A stretch of DNA of 64,000 bases, from assembly GCA_036679645.1 (NCBI GenBank), contig JAZDCY010000035.1, positions 32,001-96,000 on the forward strand. Reading direction: 5' to 3'. This document shows, piece after piece, positions 59,474-64,000 of this stretch (the first letter of the stretch is position 1; every line of letters starts with the position of its first letter). The notes below the pieces were generated by a model. The model had not been told where the DNA came from. It saw only the letters and a program-made list of their open reading frames with translations, and searched no databases. Both the position numbers and the translations under genes were made by a program. The DNA comes from Gemmatimonadota bacterium. GTDB taxonomy: Bacteria > Gemmatimonadota > Gemmatimonadetes > Gemmatimonadales > GWC2-71-9.

Positions 59474-60611
59474 TGCCCCCTCGTATGACTCCATCGAGCG
59501 TGCGCGCTGCTTCGATCGCCGCCTCGACATCCTCGCGCTCCGTCGCGAGCGTGTCATCATGGCGTGCTATCGACAACCACCGCTCCCACCACTCGACCGC
59601 ATCGTGGAACTTCCCTTGGAGCGCGAGTGCATTGCCCAACGCCTGGTGCGCCAGCGCAAGCATCGGATCGAGCCCAAGCGCCTGGCGCGCCGCCCGTTCC
59701 GCATCGCCGGCGCAGTCTCGAGCGAGCGAAACCTGCGCCGCCGCGAGATGCGCTTCGGCATCGGTCGGGTACGCGGCGACGAGCGCCTCGACCTCGACAC
59801 GCGCGCTCTCGACGTCGCCGTCCGCCAGGAATCCGTCTACGCTGGCAAGGGTCCCGGACAGATCGTCTGCATCGCTGGACGACTCCCGCACCGGATCGCG
59901 CACTTGCACGATTCCAGCGCTCTGCAAGCCAAAGACCGTGCGCGCCACCTCGAATTCGGACCGGCCCAACGTTCCCGCAATCAGGCGCAGATCCACCGTC
60001 CCGTCGATCATCGCGAGCACTTCCCACTCGGTGGCCAGGAGATCGAGTTCTCCCTCCTCGGTGCCTTCCGCCAACACCAACGACGGGACCACGCCCAAGT
60101 GCGGGATCTGCCGCTCGATGCGCGACCATTCGTCGATCCGCCGAGCGCCCTCCATCATCAGGGCCTCAGTCGGGATCCGCACGAGCGCCTCTGCCGGCAC
60201 CTCGCCAATCGGGCCTTCGTTGAACGAAAAGTAGCCCTCGCGCCAATTCATGACCTCGAAGATCACCTCCTCGACTTGGAGATGGACCATTCGTTCGAGT
60301 TCTCGCTGGCTGATGGCATCGATCGCCACCAGGATCTCACCCAGCCGGCGTTCGTCGCCCCGTCGCTGCGTCTCCTGCGCGAGATTGAGCTCGGCCTCCG
60401 TAATTTTGCCGGCTCGCAACAACAACTCGCCCAGCCGATGGGGGTTGCTGCGGACTTCCGCAGCGATCACGCCGCCTTTCTCGAAATGGATTGTGCCGTG
60501 ATTGCGTCGCAGCTGCGACGTCACGCGCAAAACACCGGTCTTGCGTGAGAGATCGAGCAACTGGAAGACATCATGGATGCCGAGTTCGCGAAGGGGGCCT
60601 TCGATCGCCAC
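59463..60611 (-). CDS. DUF4388-like + MshEN-like + TPR protein
   Basis: EGPLRELGIHDVFQLL..KTG, WREGYFSF, LMMEGARRIDEW, tandem RLG motifs, TPRs. GTG start at 60611. Confidence 0.85.
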   Translation of the reverse strand: MAIEGPLRELGIHDVFQLLDLSRKTGVLRVTSQLRRNHGTIHFEKGGVIAAEVRSNPHRLGELLLRAGKITEAELNLAQETQRRGDERRLGEILVAIDAISQRELERMVHLQVEEVIFEVMNWREGYFSFNEGPIGEVPAEALVRIPTEALMMEGARRIDEWSRIERQIPHLGVVPSLVLAEGTEEGELDLLATEWEVLAMIDGTVDLRLIAGTLGRSEFEVARTVFGLQSAGIVQVRDPVRESSSDADDLSGTLASVDGFLADGDVESARVEVEALVAAYPTDAEAHLAAAQVSLARDCAGDAERAARQALGLDPMLALAHQALGNALALQGKFHDAVEWWERWLSIARHDDTLATEREDVEAAIEAARTLDGVIRGGNGR

Positions 60612-60612
60612 G

Positions 60613-63297
60613 TCAGGCCGCCTCGGTGCGGAAGATGTGCTGGAGATCGAGCGCCGTGCGTGCGTGCTTGCGCGCCTTCTGCGCATACGGACCAGCAGGA
60701 TCTAGCTGCACGACCTGCTCCCACGCGTGCACCGCGTCGGGGTACCGGCGCAACCGCGCCAGCGCGACCCCGCGGAAGAAACGCGCGGCGACGTGATCGG
60801 GATCGAACGCCGTCACCCGGTCGAACGCCTCGAGGGCTCGATCCAGGCGGCCGTCGTCCACGAGAGCCTGCGCGAGGGCCATCACCGCTTCGAGATCGCC
60901 GGGGTCGTCGTGAAGGAGATCGACCAGCAGGTTGATGGCCTCTCGCGCCCGCGCCGTCTGCCGGAAGACGCGGGACAGCGGGACCGCGGCTTCGGAGTAG
61001 GTCGGCAGCACGTCAAGCGCCGCCCGATACGTCGTCTCGGCGGCCGCCCAGTCCTCTCTCTCTTCATGCACGTGCCCCAGAGCAACGTGCGCCTGCACGA
61101 ATCGCGCGTCGAGTTCTAGCGCGGACTCGTAGGCGGCGCGGGCGGCGTCCAAGTCGCCGGTTCCCGCCGCGATGTCTCCTTCGAGCTTGCGAATGTCTGC
61201 GCGTTGCGGTGCACGAGCACGCGCCAGTTTCACCGCATCCAGCGCGCCAGCCGGATCATGGTCGGCGCGGCGCGCTTCGGCAACTGCAAGGAGCACATCG
61301 AGATGTTCCGGCAATTCCGCTGCCAGGCGTTCGGCGTCATCCCGCGCCCCCCGCGCTTGTCCCAACGACACCCGGGCGCGCACCTCGCCGAGCCGGGCGT
61401 CGATCCGATCGGGGGCTCGCTCCCGCGCGGCGCGGAACCTCTCGAGCGCCTCACCGTGCAGGCCGCGGCGCCGAAAGATCTCGCCGGCGAGCACCAGCGC
61501 TTCCACCTCGTCGGCGCCGCGCGATACTGCGCGGCCGGCTTCGGCGGCCGCCAACTCGAAGAGCCCCTTCGAGAGATAGTCCCGCGCGAGGGACAGTGGG
61601 TCGGTAGGCTCGGGATCCGCCCGCTTAGACGGACGGTCGAGCTCCTGGAAGATCTGGTCGAGAACCCCCTGATCGAAATGGAGGCTCTGGGGCGCGATCT
61701 CCGTACTCACGTCCGCGGAGATCTCGGGCACGATCGAGATGGTCGGGTCCTCGTACTGGAGATCGATGGCCAGACGGAACTTCTGCGGCACGTAATAGGG
61801 GTCAAGCGTCTGGGCGCGGGTCACCGCACGCAACGCACCGTCATAGTCACCCATCGCTGAGAGCGCAAAGCTCAAGTTGTAGTGCGCTTCTGCTGACTCG
61901 GGGTCGTTCTCGACTGCCCGGGCAAAAGCGTTGCGCGCGTCCTCCGTCCGCTGCAACTCGTTCAGCACGAGACCGATCCCATTCCAGGCGGGCGCGGACG
62001 CCGCGTTGAGATCGAGCACCTGCCGGTACGCCTGTAGGGCCAGCTGATAGCGGCCCAGGCGGGCGAGCAGCAGCCCGAGGTTCAAGCGAGGGACCTCCAG
62101 GGCTTCGCCGGAACGCATCGCATCGTGGAACTCCTCGATCGCATCTTCGTGACTGGACTGATGGGCCAAGCTGACCGCGAGATTGTTGCGCGCGATGGCG
62201 TAATCTGATGCGATCTCGACCGCGCGGCTGTAGGACGCGACCGCGTCCTCGGATTGCCCTAGCTGGTGCAGCACGACCCCACGCTCGTTCCAGAGCTTTG
62301 GGGAGTCCGGCACCTCACGCGTCAGCGTATCGTAGAGCTCGAGCGATGCCGCGTAGTCCCGTCGCAGCAGGTGGACTTCCGCCATCGCCTGCAGCACCCG
62401 GAGGCGCTCTTCGCCCTCATCGAGACCGATGCGATACTCGCGCAGCGCCTCGTTGTAGTACCCCTTCTGCCGAAATGCCAGCCCGAGATTGAAGTGGGCA
62501 AACGATCTCCCCTCTGCCGACTCGAGGGTCGCATCGTCGGGGATCCGAATGGGCTGCGACTTCCGGTCTCCGATATAGCGTTCGAGGGAGAGGTTGGTTT
62601 GCGCGCGCGCAAATGTCGGGTTGAGTCGAATGGCTCTCTTCGTTGCCTCGCGTGCCTCTTCATGCCGCCGAAGGTCGCCGTAGACGAACGCGATCAGGTA
62701 ATGCGCGTCCGCGTTCTCCGGGTTCAGCTGCACCGCGCGGGAAAGCGCGGTCAGGGCGTCGGCGTTGAGACCGCGATTGTAGAGCACCTCGCCCAGGTAG
62801 AAATGGACAACGCTGCTGTCGTGATCGAGATCTGCCGCGCGCACAAACCACTCCGTCGCCTCTTCCAGGCGACCGCGGGTTTTTTCCGCCAGTCCCAGCT
62901 GAATGAGAGCCGCCAGATCGCCGGGGTCGCGGGACACGATCTCCTCGAACTCCTGCACCGCGGCATCGGACTGCCCCAACGACGCATACGCCCGTCCCAA
63001 CTCCCAGCGGGCCTCGCGGTCTGCGGGCGTGACCCGCAAGCGCTCGTGGAGGGTCGTGACCCGCTCGTCGTAGTGCCCGGTCTGCTTGTAGGCGATTTCC
63101 AGATTCCGCTGAGCGACGAGCATCTTCGGATCCAACTCGAGCGCCCGCACGAAACACTGGATCGCCTCGTCGGCAAGGCCCTTTTGATAGAAGAGCACAC
63201 CCAGATTGTTGTGCGCCCCCGAATCCGACTGGTCGATGCGGCGGGCGAAGGAACGCAGGACCTGGCGGTCGCGCTCCGAGAGGACCAGAGGGGCCAT
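60613..63297 (-). CDS. Large cytoplasmic TPR protein
   Basis: Many TPR repeats (AHNNLG, AHFNLG, AWNGIG, AHYNL) in several blocks and no signal peptide. Confidence 0.9.
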   Translation of the reverse strand: MAPLVLSERDRQVLRSFARRIDQSDSGAHNNLGVLFYQKGLADEAIQCFVRALELDPKMLVAQRNLEIAYKQTGHYDERVTTLHERLRVTPADREARWELGRAYASLGQSDAAVQEFEEIVSRDPGDLAALIQLGLAEKTRGRLEEATEWFVRAADLDHDSSVVHFYLGEVLYNRGLNADALTALSRAVQLNPENADAHYLIAFVYGDLRRHEEAREATKRAIRLNPTFARAQTNLSLERYIGDRKSQPIRIPDDATLESAEGRSFAHFNLGLAFRQKGYYNEALREYRIGLDEGEERLRVLQAMAEVHLLRRDYAASLELYDTLTREVPDSPKLWNERGVVLHQLGQSEDAVASYSRAVEIASDYAIARNNLAVSLAHQSSHEDAIEEFHDAMRSGEALEVPRLNLGLLLARLGRYQLALQAYRQVLDLNAASAPAWNGIGLVLNELQRTEDARNAFARAVENDPESAEAHYNLSFALSAMGDYDGALRAVTRAQTLDPYYVPQKFRLAIDLQYEDPTISIVPEISADVSTEIAPQSLHFDQGVLDQIFQELDRPSKRADPEPTDPLSLARDYLSKGLFELAAAEAGRAVSRGADEVEALVLAGEIFRRRGLHGEALERFRAARERAPDRIDARLGEVRARVSLGQARGARDDAERLAAELPEHLDVLLAVAEARRADHDPAGALDAVKLARARAPQRADIRKLEGDIAAGTGDLDAARAAYESALELDARFVQAHVALGHVHEEREDWAAAETTYRAALDVLPTYSEAAVPLSRVFRQTARAREAINLLVDLLHDDPGDLEAVMALAQALVDDGRLDRALEAFDRVTAFDPDHVAARFFRGVALARLRRYPDAVHAWEQVVQLDPAGPYAQKARKHARTALDLQHIFRTEAA

Positions 63298-63300
63298 GCG

Positions 63301-63921
63301 TCAGGTAATGCGGACGGCGTCGAAGATGGCCTTAAGGGACGCGAGGTCAGGGAGCAAGAGAAAGTGACCGTTCAACGCCCGGCCGGCTTCGACGAAATGA
63401 AAGTCGGTTTCGACGCAGAACACGAAATCACGATCTTGACCGAAGTTGAGATACGCCGTCGTGACGACGGCGCCCGCGAGGTCTACCACCAGACTGGGCA
63501 CCGAGGGCAAGAGCATCATACCCATGAAATCGGACAGCGCGTTCATGTATGCGCCACCGAGTATGTTCCCCGCCTCCTTGAGGCTCGACTGCTCCAGCTC
63601 GTCAAACCTGTCCGTCGAGCCTGGCGTCCGCTTCAACAGAAGATCACAGAGAAGCTTGGCGTTCTCTTCCGGCACGAGAAAGAGCGTCCGACCAGTGAGA
63701 TCGCCGAGCATGTGCATGAGCACGGCCGCGACCACTTCATCCGGATCCCCGATCGTCTCGGGCACGTCCTCCAGGCGCGTGATCGTGATCTCCGGCACGT
63801 TGATCATGATCCGCCGATCGGTCATCTGCGAAAGCGCCGTCGCCGCATGCCCCGCGCCGATGTTGGCCACTTCCTTCAGGGCATCGAGCTGTAACGCTTT
63901 CAGATCGCGAATGTCTTCCAT
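63301..63921 (-). CDS. cheC: CheC phosphatase
   Basis: Two ExxN motifs (DALKEVANIGAGHAATALSQM and SSLKEAGNIL), plus PSVP. Confidence 0.95.
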   Translation of the reverse strand: MEDIRDLKALQLDALKEVANIGAGHAATALSQMTDRRIMINVPEITITRLEDVPETIGDPDEVVAAVLMHMLGDLTGRTLFLVPEENAKLLCDLLLKRTPGSTDRFDELEQSSLKEAGNILGGAYMNALSDFMGMMLLPSVPSLVVDLAGAVVTTAYLNFGQDRDFVFCVETDFHFVEAGRALNGHFLLLPDLASLKAIFDAVRIT

Positions 63922-63931
63922 GAAGCCGTCC

Positions 63932-64000
63932 TCAGACGAGTCCGCCCGCGTCCAGGATGAGTACGGGCGACCCGTCCCCGAGAATCGTAGCGCCGCCGAA
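63932..64000 (-). CDS. cheA: C-terminus of CheA, partial
   Basis: Manual translation gives FGGATILGDGSPVLILDAGGLV*, the typical end of the CheA P5 domain. Confidence 0.85.
   Translation of the reverse strand, partial: FGGATILGDGSPVLILDAGGLV

Overview
GC-rich bacterial chromosomal window with nearly all genes on the minus strand. Gene style and order suggest Gemmatimonadota, but that is inference and not tested. In coordinate order it holds: (1) 1-21.4 kb, a housekeeping run (ribBA, ribE, ribD, purM, PfkB kinase, argS, FmdB-like, methylmalonyl-CoA mutase, fbp, comEC, miaB, mtaB, outer-membrane barrel plus lipoprotein, cdd, deoB, alr, mazG, asnS); (2) 21.4-24.2 kb, a small plus-strand block ending in an RHH/VapC toxin-antitoxin pair; (3) recG, ftsY, a hisA-like gene, an M23 peptidase and the dcw cluster (rsmH to ftsZ); (4) tRNA-Asp and tRNA-Val; (5) 48.7-64 kb, a tightly packed signalling cluster. 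That cluster interleaves chemosensory genes (cheA end, cheC, cheR, cheD, cheB, two cheW) with an MglA GTPase, three roadblock-domain proteins, two DUF4388-MshEN-TPR proteins, TPR scaffolds and a protein made of two DnaA-type AAA+ modules with no DNA-binding domain. It is the best candidate for an undescribed system. Other notable observations are a MiaB-ComFB in-frame fusion, a heavily deleted group IIC intron relic just after the tRNA-Asp terminator, a cytidine deaminase lacking its PCxxC motif, and a probable CTG start for argS. All calls come from motif recognition by eye; no database searches were run.
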